53,506 nt of DNA from Actinomycetota bacterium (GCA_040005555.1 JBDTYT010000003.1:1-53506), one strand, 5' to 3'; positions 18,680-28,257 are shown, counted from the stretch's first letter. The notes: a model not told the origin generated them from the letters alone. A program made the numbers and translations.

Positions 18680-19162
18680 ATGGAGGGGTTCACCGCACAT
18701 CAAGCGACGAGGTTCACCGGTTGCACGGCACGGCAGCTCCGGTATTGGGATCAGATCGGGTTAGTGAGACCGTCCGTCCAAGGGACGGGCGGACGTCCTG
18801 GCGTTCCGCGTCTGTACGCGTTCCGAGATCTCGTCGCGCTCCGCGTCGTGAAGTCGCTGCTCGACGGCGGGATGTCGCTGCAGCGGGTACGGCGCGCGTG
18901 GGAGTACCTGAACAAGCGTGCGGCGCTCGATAAGCACCTGTCTGAGGTCAAGCTCATCACCGATGGGGTATCGATCTTCAAGGTCGCACGTCGCAACGGC
19001 GAGGTCCTCGACGCCCTCCGCGAGGGTCAGCTGGCCTTCTTCGTGGCCATCGACGAGATCGCGAGCAGCGTCGAGACCAAAGTCGGCCAGTTCAAGGAGG
19101 ACCGAGACCGGTTCGTCCGCGCGCTCCGGGAAGCCGCCGCTCACACGCAGACCGGCTCGTAG
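18680..19162 (+). CDS. MerR-family transcriptional regulator (actinobacterial FtsR/Rv1830-like)
   Basis: ARQLRYWD, LVRPSV..GG.G..RLYAFRD, VVKSLLDGGMSLQ.VR, GQ.AFFVAI; RBS GGAGGG. Confidence 0.88.
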   Translation: MEGFTAHQATRFTGCTARQLRYWDQIGLVRPSVQGTGGRPGVPRLYAFRDLVALRVVKSLLDGGMSLQRVRRAWEYLNKRAALDKHLSEVKLITDGVSIFKVARRNGEVLDALREGQLAFFVAIDEIASSVETKVGQFKEDRDRFVRALREAAAHTQTGS

Positions 19163-19185
19163 GCTGCTCGACCGGTCGCGGTGCG

Positions 19186-21483
19186 CTACCAGCCCGGACG
19201 GTACAGACCGGTGATCCGACGGACGATGCCGACGTCTCGGCGCATGTCGCGGAGTGCAGTCTTGGCCGCGCTGGCGGTTTCGCTCGCTTCTCGAGCGTCA
19301 GGCTCGATCGGCGAGTAGGCCGCGCGGATCGCGGCGGTCGTGAGCGCCGCGAGGTGACCGTCGGAGAAGTGCACGCTCTCGCTCAGGCGCTGCCGGTATT
19401 CCTGGAGGGTTTCGCCCTCGCGCCGCCCGAGGCCCAGATCGGTGGCTCCACCGTCGAACACCCGGTAGGTGGCCAGGACCCGTTCGCGTGGTCCTCGTGC
19501 TCGCCTCAAGGCCCGGCTGCGGCGGCTCGCTTTCAGGATCGGGAGCACCAACATGAGCACGAGCCCGAGCCCGAGCAGCACCATGAACGCTTTCACGTAC
19601 GGCACGTGGTATCCGCCGATGTCGGCCGTGGGCAGCTCGCCGACCGAGGCCGGCCCTCCATGCCCCCCGCGGTCGCTGCGGCCGGTGAGCAACGGATCAG
19701 CGTTGCAGAGCTGACCCGGCAACGGCCGCCCGTTCGGTCCGAGGCACGACGCCGCACCTGCCCCACCCCCGGCTCCTTCTTGCCCCTGGGTACCTCCGGA
19801 GGAGCTGTCCACAGGCGCCGACGGGTTCAGGTACGTCCCCGGCTGGGCGATGGGGTTGGAGATGTTCGGCGTCGGTTCGAACGGCAGCCATCCGTAGCCG
19901 GGGAACAAGACCTCGACCCAGCTGTGCGCGTCCTTGGTGTCGACCGTGTACGTGGTGCCGTTGGGCGTACCCTGCCGGAAGCCCACCACGACCCTGGATG
20001 GCAACCCGAGCTCGCGCACCATGATCGCCATCGCGGTCGCGTACTGCTGGCAGAACCCCGTGTGGGTCCGCGTGAGGAACTCGAGCAGCGCATCGGCGTC
20101 GGCGGTCGGCTTCACGTTGAGCGAGTACGTGAAGGGAGCGCTCGTCAGATGATCTTGGAGTGCCAACACCTGTTGATAGGGCGTCAGCGTGGTCGGCGCC
20201 CACCGCTCGGCCAGGTCGAGGACGGCGGGACTCACGTCACCCGGGACGAACGTGAAGCGACCGTAGGTCACGCGAGGAAGGAAATGCACCGCGTCGAGCT
20301 GCTCGGGTGATGGTGCGACGATGCGGGACGTCACCGAGTACTCGTAGCCCTCCGGGAGGCCTCCGGGGAGGCCGGCCGTGGCCAGGTCCGCGTCCCACTT
20401 CAGGTCACCTGAGGGCAAGGTGACGAGCTCAGGGGTGTTGGCCATCGGAAGCCACGGGTTCTGGAGATCCGTGAGGACCTCATAACGCTGCGGCAATGCG
20501 GTGGCGCCCTCGGGGAAGCTCGCGTTCAGCTGAGCGGGTGAGGGGATGGACTGCGCCGTTTCGAGCGTGGGGTCCGAGCTGCTCCACTCCGTGCCGTTGA
20601 ACCGATCGAGCGTGAACATCCGCCAATACGAGGCACCGTTCTCGCTGGTCACCCGGAACAGGTCGACCGGCGTTTGGCTCTTGAGTTGGGCCTGGATTGA
20701 GACGAACGGGTCGAAGTTGGTGCCGTCGTCGCCGCTCGAGGAGAAGTCCACGAGCGCTTGGGCGCGAAAGCCCGGGAGCAGGCCCGGGACCAGCACCGCC
20801 GCCGCGACGGCGAGCAGCGCGACGCCGCGAGCTCCACGGGTCATCGTCGAGGTGACGCGGCGGGTCCGGGACCCGGACCACAGTGGCCCCCACTGCTGGA
20901 TGCGACGCAGCCCGTCGACGAAGACCACCGCGAGAGCCGCACCGAGGAACGCGATGGCGTACACCGGCCGCACGCCGTCCTCCAAGACGGTGTCGGCGAA
21001 ACCCACGAGCGTGATCGGCGGCAAGATCGCGAGCAGCGGGCTCCCCGCGCGCAGAGCGAGCGCGTAGGCCGAGAAACTCGCGGTCCACAACGCGGTGAGC
21101 GCGGCGAGCAAGAGCGGCGGCAGGGGCGGGGTCGGCGACACCTGCACCTTCGCCTGCTCGCCGACCAATCGGAGAGCCTGAACGATCGCCGTCAGGGTCT
21201 CCTTCGACGGCAGCCCGTACCAGAGCGACCGGGGGAAGACGATGATCCCGATCACCCAGAGCAGGCCTACGGCGCTCGCGAGCGTCGACAAGAGCAAGCT
21301 GCGACGTTCGAAGGCAGCCGCGAGCACGACGGACGCGAGCGCAGCGGCCATCAGTTGCAACGTCGGAGCGCGACCTTGGAAGACGCGACCGAACGCGAAC
21401 GCCGCCACCATCGCGAGGATCGCGACGGTGGCGAGCGCGGTCAGCCGCGCAACGCGAGGGGCTGGGTCCTGCTGGCGTGCCAT
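19186..21483 (-). CDS. Transglutaminase-like TgpA-family membrane protein
   Basis: N-terminal multi-TM region, YWRMFTLD.F.G.EW, GFCQQYATAM, AHSWVEV.FPGYGW.PFEPTP. Confidence 0.9.
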   Translation of the reverse strand: MARQQDPAPRVARLTALATVAILAMVAAFAFGRVFQGRAPTLQLMAAALASVVLAAAFERRSLLLSTLASAVGLLWVIGIIVFPRSLWYGLPSKETLTAIVQALRLVGEQAKVQVSPTPPLPPLLLAALTALWTASFSAYALALRAGSPLLAILPPITLVGFADTVLEDGVRPVYAIAFLGAALAVVFVDGLRRIQQWGPLWSGSRTRRVTSTMTRGARGVALLAVAAAVLVPGLLPGFRAQALVDFSSSGDDGTNFDPFVSIQAQLKSQTPVDLFRVTSENGASYWRMFTLDRFNGTEWSSSDPTLETAQSIPSPAQLNASFPEGATALPQRYEVLTDLQNPWLPMANTPELVTLPSGDLKWDADLATAGLPGGLPEGYEYSVTSRIVAPSPEQLDAVHFLPRVTYGRFTFVPGDVSPAVLDLAERWAPTTLTPYQQVLALQDHLTSAPFTYSLNVKPTADADALLEFLTRTHTGFCQQYATAMAIMVRELGLPSRVVVGFRQGTPNGTTYTVDTKDAHSWVEVLFPGYGWLPFEPTPNISNPIAQPGTYLNPSAPVDSSSGGTQGQEGAGGGAGAASCLGPNGRPLPGQLCNADPLLTGRSDRGGHGGPASVGELPTADIGGYHVPYVKAFMVLLGLGLVLMLVLPILKASRRSRALRRARGPRERVLATYRVFDGGATDLGLGRREGETLQEYRQRLSESVHFSDGHLAALTTAAIRAAYSPIEPDAREASETASAAKTALRDMRRDVGIVRRITGLYRPGW

Positions 21484-22670
21484 ATGTCTCGCAACCTCCC
21501 CGATGGCGGGAGGACCACGACCTCCCAGCCGGACCGGGACATGGACAGTTGGGCCTGTGACGCCCGGCCCTCGAGCTGCGCCCGTCGATCGGGCGGGAGG
21601 GTGGCGGGGTCCGTGGGATGCACGAGCACGGCGACCTTGGGTCCGAAGACCGCACCGGCGCGGATGAGCGACGTGAGCTCGGTCGGTTGTGGGGGAGCGG
21701 TGACGACGACCAGCGTCGTATCCGCAGCGGCCGCGATGCGGAGCCGCGTGAGCCCGGTGGACATGGTCCGCGATGTGTGATGCCCGACGCCGGCGAGGGT
21801 CTCGAGCATCTGCTCCTCGCCGACGCGCTGCGGAGGGAGCTGCGTCGTGGCGAGCTTCATCGAGAAGCCGTAGCGGATGAGTAAGACACCGACCGAGGCG
21901 GCCGCCGAGACGACCTTCTCGAAGCACGGGGTGTGGCTCTTGCCGACCGCCGACTCGCGCGTATCGACGAACAGCACCGCGGTCGAACGACGCGCCGATT
22001 CGTCCTGGCGGATCATGAGCTCGCCGCTGCGCGCCACGCTCGGCCAGTGGATCCGCCGCAGGTCGTCACCCTCCTGGTAGGGGCGCATCGTGTAGAACTC
22101 ATCGCCCGTCCGGAACAGGTGCCGCGAGAGCGCGAGCCCGCTCGTCATGCCGAAGGGCGAGTTCGGACCGCCGGCGAGCTGTTCCACCTCGGGCGTGACG
22201 ACCAATTCCTCCCGCTCGTCGAACTGCACGCGGAGCTTCGTGAGCGCGAACGGATCCGACAGGTCCACCGTGAGCGGGCCCAGCGTGTATCGCCCCCGCG
22301 TGTGCGCCGATACGGAGTAGGAGGCCCGCTGTTTGCCCTTGGGGGGGAGACCGGCGATCACCAGCCGGGCCGAGCGACCGAGTGCCGGGGGGAGCCGGTC
22401 CTCGAGGAGGAGGAACGAGGTCTGCGTGGCGGCTTGATTCTCGATCTCGAGCTCGACGGTGACCCGCTGCCCGGGCTGGACGCGGGCGTCGGAGAGGCGG
22501 CGCCGTATCCGCAATCGCTGTCGGCTCCACCGCGCCAAACCGGCCGCCGCGAACGGGAGCACGACGAGTCCGACGGCGATCATGTGCAACGTGGGGGAGC
22601 CGGCCACCCTCGCACCGATCCACAGACCGATCCCGGCCGCGAAGACGACGATCCCGCGGCCCGAGGGCAT
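21441..22670 (-). CDS. DUF58-domain protein
   Basis: RGRY.LGP, DPF, RPYQEGDDLRRIHW, GELMIRQ; between MoxR and TgpA. Confidence 0.92.
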   Translation of the reverse strand: MPSGRGIVVFAAGIGLWIGARVAGSPTLHMIAVGLVVLPFAAAGLARWSRQRLRIRRRLSDARVQPGQRVTVELEIENQAATQTSFLLLEDRLPPALGRSARLVIAGLPPKGKQRASYSVSAHTRGRYTLGPLTVDLSDPFALTKLRVQFDEREELVVTPEVEQLAGGPNSPFGMTSGLALSRHLFRTGDEFYTMRPYQEGDDLRRIHWPSVARSGELMIRQDESARRSTAVLFVDTRESAVGKSHTPCFEKVVSAAASVGVLLIRYGFSMKLATTQLPPQRVGEEQMLETLAGVGHHTSRTMSTGLTRLRIAAAADTTLVVVTAPPQPTELTSLIRAGAVFGPKVAVLVHPTDPATLPPDRRAQLEGRASQAQLSMSRSGWEVVVLPPSGRLRDIWHASRTQPLALRG

Positions 22671-23656
22671 CAGGTGGTCCCGGTCACTGGCACCGCGACC
22701 TCGTGCATCAACTCCTCGAGCACCGCACCCGAGCTCCGACCGCCCATCACCGCGTCGGCGGTCACGATGATCCGGTGCGCGAGCACCGGCGTCACGATCG
22801 CCTTCACGTCGTCGGGGATGACGTAGTCGCGCTCGTCGGCGGCCGACATCGCGCGCGATGCACGCAGCAACATGATCGACGCTCGCGGGCTCGCGCCGAG
22901 GTAGACGTCGGGGTGCCGTCGCGTGGCCTCGACGAGGCCGACGATGTAGCGGCGCACCGACGGTGAAACGTGCACGGTCCGCGCCTGGGTGATCATCTCG
23001 CGCACGCCGAGGGCGTCCGCGACGGGCCCGATGTCGTTCAAGATCGAGTGATCTCCGTGCGTCGCGAGGATGTCGAACTCCACGTCGGCCGTGGGATACC
23101 CGATGTTGATACGCATCATGAACCGATCGAGCTGCGCCTCTGGCAGGGGATACGTGCCCTCGTGTTCGATCGGGTTCTGCGTAGCGATGACCATGAACGG
23201 CGAGCCGAGTTGATAGGTCTCGGTGTCGACGGTGACCTGACGCTCCTCCATCGACTCGAGGAGCGCGGACTGCGTCTTCGGGCTCGCGCGGTTGATCTCG
23301 TCGCCGAGGACGATGTTGGCGAAGATGGCCCCCGGCTTGAACTCGAAGTCCCCGCGTTCCTGGTTGAACACGTTGACGCCGGTGACGTCGGTCGGCAGCA
23401 GGTCAGGGGTGAACTGGATGCGCCGGAACGAGCAGTCGATCGAGCGGGCGATGGCCTTCGCCAGCATCGTCTTGCCGACCCCCGGGACGTCTTCGATGAG
23501 GACGTGGCCCTCGGCGACGAGGGAGGCGAGCGCGAGCCTGATCTCGTGACGCTTGCCTTGCACGACCTTCTCGACGTTCTCCTCGATCGCGCGGAAGCCT
23601 TCGGCGAACCGTTGCCAGTCCTGCGTGGGCTCGCTCGTCGGCTCTTGGGCCTCCAC
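22670..23656 (-). CDS. MoxR-family AAA+ ATPase
   Basis: GHVLIEDVPGVGKT, RIQFTPDLLPTD, DEINRASPKTQSALLE, ATQNPIE.EGTYPLPEAQLDRF; GTG 23656 follows GGAGG (ATG 23722 is an alternative start). Confidence 0.94.
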   Translation of the reverse strand: MEAQEPTSEPTQDWQRFAEGFRAIEENVEKVVQGKRHEIRLALASLVAEGHVLIEDVPGVGKTMLAKAIARSIDCSFRRIQFTPDLLPTDVTGVNVFNQERGDFEFKPGAIFANIVLGDEINRASPKTQSALLESMEERQVTVDTETYQLGSPFMVIATQNPIEHEGTYPLPEAQLDRFMMRINIGYPTADVEFDILATHGDHSILNDIGPVADALGVREMITQARTVHVSPSVRRYIVGLVEATRRHPDVYLGASPRASIMLLRASRAMSAADERDYVIPDDVKAIVTPVLAHRIIVTADAVMGGRSSGAVLEELMHEVAVPVTGTT

Positions 23657-23663
23657 CCCCACC

Positions 23664-23710
23664 TCCCGCTCCCGTTCCCGCTCGCGTTCCCGCTCGCGTT
23701 CCCGCTCGTT
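23664..23710. repeat. Short tandem repeat (6/12-bp period, GAGCGGGAACGC on the - strand)
   Basis: tcccgc tcccgt tcccgc tcgcgt tcccgc tcgcgt tcccgc tcgtt; reads as (ER)7 if translated. Confidence 0.85.
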
Positions 23711-24008
23711 CGTGCCGGACATCTTACCGAGTGGTACGTATGGGACCGGCCGGTGGTTCCTGAGTGTTCCTGCCTTGTCCGCGCGCGAAGACGAGCGGCA
23801 CATGCGAAAGCGGCGGCGCCACCACCTGGACGATCTTCGCTGGACACCCCGCGCGGCCCCTTGTTCGCTCTTTCAGGCGTCCCGATCTTCCAAGGCGCGG
23901 CAGCCCCGCCGCCTTCGTGGCGGATTACAACCCTGGGATTCGGTCGGTGCAAGCACCCGGGCCGGGATTCCGGTAGGCACGCCCCGTATACTCTCGTGAC
24001 CCAAGCCC

Positions 24009-24491
24009 ATGGGAAGAGCCCTCGTCCTCAACGGGTCTCACCAACCTCTGGCAGTGGTGGCTGCCCGGAGAGCGGTCGTGCTCGTCCTGAAGGAGAAGGC
24101 AGAGGTCGTGGTCTCCAACGGGCTCGTCTTCCACGCGGAGACCTTCCAGATCGAAGCTCCGTCGGTCGTGCGCCTGCGCTACTTCGTGAAGGTCCCGTTC
24201 CGGGCACAGGCACCGCTCACCCGGCGGGCGGTGTTCGCCCGAGACGACTGGAAGTGCCAATACTGCGCCTCTCCGGCCGAGAACCTCGATCACGTAGTGC
24301 CGCGTTCCAAGGGCGGCGAGCACACGTGGGAGAACGTGGTTGCGGCGTGCCGTCGCTGCAACTCCAAGAAGGAGAACCGGATGGCGGAGGACGCCGGGCT
24401 CCGTCTGGCACGGCGTCCATTCGCTCCTTCCGACGGGTTCCGACTGTCGCTCGGCCGGCTCGAGCCGGAGTGGGAACCGTTCCTCGCCTGA
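24009..24491 (+). CDS. HNH endonuclease (McrA-like)
   Basis: LTRRAVFARD...CQYC, DHVVPRSKGG.HTWENVVAAC.RCN.KK; TATACT at 23987-23992. Confidence 0.92.
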   Translation: MGRALVLNGSHQPLAVVAARRAVVLVLKEKAEVVVSNGLVFHAETFQIEAPSVVRLRYFVKVPFRAQAPLTRRAVFARDDWKCQYCASPAENLDHVVPRSKGGEHTWENVVAACRRCNSKKENRMAEDAGLRLARRPFAPSDGFRLSLGRLEPEWEPFLA

Positions 24492-24579
24492 TCGTCTGAC
24501 TTCGTCTCCCCCCACGAGCTCTGCGTCACACCTTCGTTGACTGTCGTGAGGATCGACGACTGTTCCCGACTTCTCACCC

Positions 24580-24634
24580 TTGACAAGGCGGAGTGTGAGT
24601 GGAGAATGCGTGGAACATAGTGGAGGAGAAGGGG
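24580..24634 (+). promoter_or_regulatory. dcw promoter with MraZ-binding GTGG repeats
   Basis: TTGACA 24580-24585; GTGG at 24599, 24610 and 24620 (one helical turn apart) directly upstream of mraZ. Confidence 0.78.
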
Positions 24635-24641
24635 AGGACGC

Positions 24642-25079
24642 GTGGCCGAGCTGCTCGGCACGCATAGCTATCAGCTCGACCCGAAGGGGCGCGTCAGCCT
24701 GCCCTCGAGGTTCCGCGACGTGTTCGCCGACGGAGCGGTCCTCACCTTGGGACAGGACGGTTGCCTCTTCTGCTTCCCCAGGGCCGAGTGGGACCGCCGA
24801 AGCGGCGAGCTGCGTGAACTCCCCCTCTCCGATGCACAAGCGAGGGCCTATTCGCGGATGTTCTTCGGCAAGGCCGAATCCGTGGAGATCGATTCTCAGG
24901 GGCGGCTGCTCATCCCGCAGCGCCTGCGCCAGGAGGTTGGGATCCACAAGGAGGCCGTCGTGCTCGGGGTCTACGACCGGATGGAGATCTGGGACCGGGA
25001 GGCTCACGAGCGCTACGAGCAGGCTCACGGGGGCGCGTACCAAGCCGGGACGCTCGAGCCCGGAGGGAGCACACGATGA
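24642..25079 (+). CDS. mraZ: Division/cell wall cluster repressor MraZ
   Basis: Duplicated DxxGR motifs (LDPKGR, IDSQGR), MEIWD. Confidence 0.96.
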   Translation: MAELLGTHSYQLDPKGRVSLPSRFRDVFADGAVLTLGQDGCLFCFPRAEWDRRSGELRELPLSDAQARAYSRMFFGKAESVEIDSQGRLLIPQRLRQEVGIHKEAVVLGVYDRMEIWDREAHERYEQAHGGAYQAGTLEPGGSTR

Positions 25080-25192
25080 GAGGCCCGCTCCACAATGAGG
25101 TTCGGCAGAGCTTGTCGCTCATCGCGCTGACCGCGATGACGATGCTCGTGTACATCGGCATCGGGCTGCTCGCGGTCCACGTCCTCGGATGA
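25076..25192 (+). CDS. Putative 38-aa single-TM microprotein
   Basis: MRGPLHNEVRQSLSLIALTAMTMLVYIGIGLLAVHVLG; ATGA overlap with the mraZ stop; GGAGGGAG RBS; ends 10 nt before rsmH. Confidence 0.65.
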   Translation: MRGPLHNEVRQSLSLIALTAMTMLVYIGIGLLAVHVLG

Positions 25193-25202
25193 GCGTCCCT
25201 CC

Positions 25203-26072
25203 ATGGGCGAGGGACGAACGCATCAGCCGGTCTTGGTCGACGACGTCATCCGGCTCCTCGGGGGCAGGGGAACCGTGATCGACATGACGCTCGGGGCGGG
25301 CGGGCACGCGGAGGCCCTGCTCGAGTCCGGGGTGGAGCGCCTGATCGGGCTCGACCGCGACCCCGAGGCCGTGCAGCTCGCGTCCGACCGTCTCGCGCGC
25401 TTCGGCGCGCGCTTCCACGCCGTCGTGACCCGGTTCTCGGACGTGCCCGCGGAGAACCGGGTCGACGGCGTCCTGTACGACCTCGGCGTCTCGTCGATGC
25501 AGCTCGACGATCCGCAGCGCGGGTTCAGCTACCGCGGGGATGGCCCGCTGGACATGCGCATGGGCTCCGAGGGCCCATCGGCGATGGACCTCGTGAACTC
25601 GGCCGCTCAGGAGGAGCTCGCGCGCGTCATCTTCGAGTACGGCGAAGAGCGCCGCTCGCGTCAGGTGGCGGCGGCGATCGTCCGGGCTCGGTCGCGCTCG
25701 CAGATCCTCACGACCGACGAGTTGGCGCGCATCGTTGCGGGCGCGGTCGGGCGTCGGCGGGACGGCCCCCACCCCGCGCGCCGTACCTTCCAAGGGCTGC
25801 GGATCGCCGTCAACCAGGAGTTGGAGGAGCTCACCACTTCGTTGCCTCGAGTGGCGGACATCCTCGCAGCCGGCGGCCGCGTGGTCGTGATCGCGTACCA
25901 CTCGCTCGAGGATCGGATCGTCAAGCGGTACCTGCTCGGCGAACCGAGCCTCCTGGTGCTGACGAAGAAGCCGCTCCGGCCGAGCTCCGCCGAAGCTGCG
26001 CGCAACCCGCGGTCAAGGAGCGCTCGTCTGCGCGCGGCCGAGCGCGTCGGCGAGCAGGACGTGACTGCGTGA
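25203..26072 (+). CDS. rsmH: 16S rRNA m4C1402 methyltransferase
   Basis: HQPVL, DMTLGAGGH, DLGVSSMQLD, PLDMRM, YHSLEDR, NPRSRSARLR. Confidence 0.97.
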   Translation: MGEGRTHQPVLVDDVIRLLGGRGTVIDMTLGAGGHAEALLESGVERLIGLDRDPEAVQLASDRLARFGARFHAVVTRFSDVPAENRVDGVLYDLGVSSMQLDDPQRGFSYRGDGPLDMRMGSEGPSAMDLVNSAAQEELARVIFEYGEERRSRQVAAAIVRARSRSQILTTDELARIVAGAVGRRRDGPHPARRTFQGLRIAVNQELEELTTSLPRVADILAAGGRVVVIAYHSLEDRIVKRYLLGEPSLLVLTKKPLRPSSAEAARNPRSRSARLRAAERVGEQDVTA

Positions 26073-26542
26073 GCCTTCCCGCGGAGAGGACCCCCGTCGC
26101 CGCGCAGCCGGCCCGTCGAGCACGATCGCGACCCGGCACGGCCCCACCCGAGCACCGGGCCGCGCCCCGAACCAGTCGCGAGGCTCCCGCCGGCGCGCAT
26201 CCGGCTACCTCCTCGGCGAGGCGGCGCAAACATCACTTGGGTTTCTTCGTGTTCTCGGCCTTCGTCGTGAGCTCGATGATCCTCGCGATCGTCACCTTGA
26301 ACGTCCTGCTGGCGCAGACGTCCTTCCGTATGGACGCCGCGCAGGAACGGATCGACCGGCTGGCGCAGGAACAGGTCGATCTCGTGCGCCACCAGGCCAC
26401 CCTGTCCGCCCCCGGCCGGATCGCCGCCTGGGCCAGACGGCACGATATGCGTCTCCCCGACGACATCAGATTCCTCCACGTGCCGAGCACGCAAGCGGTG
26501 CCGGCCGGGGGAGCGGGCATCTCGCTGGAAGGGCCACCATGA
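26069..26542 (+). CDS. ftsL: FtsL-like bitopic cell division protein
   Basis: Position between rsmH and ftsI; TM helix followed by a coiled coil and ...P.RI..WA...M. Confidence 0.75.
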   Translation: MSLPAERTPVAAQPARRARSRPGTAPPEHRAAPRTSREAPAGAHPATSSARRRKHHLGFFVFSAFVVSSMILAIVTLNVLLAQTSFRMDAAQERIDRLAQEQVDLVRHQATLSAPGRIAAWARRHDMRLPDDIRFLHVPSTQAVPAGGAGISLEGPP

Positions 26543-28257
26543 AACGGCCGCCGCTGAAGCGCCTCGTCTCCCTGCTCTGCGTGATGGTGCTTGCGCTCGC
26601 CGTCATCGTCGTGCGGCTCGCGGTGCTGCAAGTGAGCCAGGCCGGGGCCTATCAGACGAAAGCGCTCGACCAGCGCGTCCACACCATCGCCATCCCGGCC
26701 GCGCGCGGTCTGATCCTCGACCGTAACGGCGATGCGCTCGCGTTGTCGGTACCGGCGCGTGACATCTACGCCGATCCCCGCTATGTCACCGATCCGTGGG
26801 GCACGGCGGCGCGGCTCGCCCCGGCGCTCGGGCTCGACGTCCGTTCGGTCGCCCGGCAGCTCGCCACGGATACGACGTTCGTGTACGTGGCCCGACAGGT
26901 CGACCTCGGCGTGGCGACCCAGATCGAACGCATGCACCTGCCGGGGATCGGGTTCCTACCGGTAACGAAGCGGTACTACCCGGCGGGGCCGCTCGCCTCC
27001 CAGCTGCTCGGGTTCGTTGGCGTCGACGGCGCCGGTCTGGCCGGCCTCGAGCTCCAGTATCAGGGGCTGCTCGCCGGAACGGCTGGGGAGCGGACGCAGG
27101 AGATCGGGCTGCACGGGGAGCCGATCGCGGGCGGCATCGACGTGGATCGGCCGCCGGTCCCGGGTTCGACGGTCGAGATCACGATCGACCGCGACTTCCA
27201 GTACCAAGTGCAGGTCGCGCTCGAGGAGGCGGTGCAGGCGAACCGCGCCCGCGGCGGCACCGTGATCGCGATGGATCCGCAGACCGGAGACATCTACGCC
27301 ATCGCGACGTACCCGTGGTTCGACCCGAATGACTTCACGCACGCGAAACCCAACACGCAAGCGATGCGCGCTCTCACCGACGTATTCGAGCCGGGGTCGA
27401 CGAACAAGATCATCACGGCGGCCGCCGCGGTGCAGGAGCATGTGGTGCCCCTGGATCAGCGCCTGACCGTCCCGTGGACCATGCAGGTCGGGAACTTCAC
27501 GATCCATGACGCGCAGATCCACGCGACCGAGCAGCTGACACTGGGCGACATCATCGCCGAGTCGAGCAACGTGGGGACCGTGGAGATCGCCCAGCGGCTG
27601 GGACAAGCGCGCATGGCGACGTACCTGTCCCGCTTCGGACTGGGCCGGGCGACAGGGGTCGGGTTCCCGGGGGAGGCATCGGGCATCATGCTTCCGCTGT
27701 ACCAGTGGAACGACACGAGCCTGGCCACGATGGCCTACGGGCAGGGCATCGCCGTCACGCCGCTGCAGATGCTCTCGGTGTTCGCGACGATCGCGAACGA
27801 CGGACGCCGCGTGCAACCGCGCCTCGTGAAGGGAACGATCGGCCCGGACGGTTCGTACCACGAGGCCGCCGTCGGACCCGGGCAGCGGGTCGTCTCGCCC
27901 GAAACGGCCCTCATGGTCCGCCGCATGCTTGCGTACGCGGTCGAGGCGGGGACGGGGAGCAACGCCCAGATCGGCGGATACCAGGTGGCCGGCAAGACCG
28001 GGACCGCGCAGATCCCCTTGCCGAGCAGATTGGGCTACTACTCGGCCGGCCAGTACTTCGCGTCGTTCATCGGCATGGTCCCCGCCGCGAACCCGCAGGT
28101 CGTGATCGCTGCCATCTTGGACCGTCCGGCAACTCAGTACGGCGGTATCGCCGCCGCGCCGCTCTTCCGGCAGGTGGCGAGATACGCGATCGCCCGGCTG
28201 GGAATCGAACCGGGGCGAGCCCTCAAACCCCCGCCGCACGCCCTGTCCCTGCCATGA
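26539..28257 (+). CDS. ftsI: Class B penicillin-binding protein (FtsI)
   Basis: RG.ILDRNG, EPGSTNK (SxxK), SSN (SxN), KTGT; dcw position. Confidence 0.94.
   Translation: MKRPPLKRLVSLLCVMVLALAVIVVRLAVLQVSQAGAYQTKALDQRVHTIAIPAARGLILDRNGDALALSVPARDIYADPRYVTDPWGTAARLAPALGLDVRSVARQLATDTTFVYVARQVDLGVATQIERMHLPGIGFLPVTKRYYPAGPLASQLLGFVGVDGAGLAGLELQYQGLLAGTAGERTQEIGLHGEPIAGGIDVDRPPVPGSTVEITIDRDFQYQVQVALEEAVQANRARGGTVIAMDPQTGDIYAIATYPWFDPNDFTHAKPNTQAMRALTDVFEPGSTNKIITAAAAVQEHVVPLDQRLTVPWTMQVGNFTIHDAQIHATEQLTLGDIIAESSNVGTVEIAQRLGQARMATYLSRFGLGRATGVGFPGEASGIMLPLYQWNDTSLATMAYGQGIAVTPLQMLSVFATIANDGRRVQPRLVKGTIGPDGSYHEAAVGPGQRVVSPETALMVRRMLAYAVEAGTGSNAQIGGYQVAGKTGTAQIPLPSRLGYYSAGQYFASFIGMVPAANPQVVIAAILDRPATQYGGIAAAPLFRQVARYAIARLGIEPGRALKPPPHALSLP

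Noticed and set aside
23740-23900. Glycine-riboswitch-like words on the - strand (CGCCTGAAAGAGCGAA ... ACACTCAGG)
   Set aside because: The core motifs are degenerate, the spacing is wrong and the downstream gene is unrelated to glycine; not supportable without a covariance-model search
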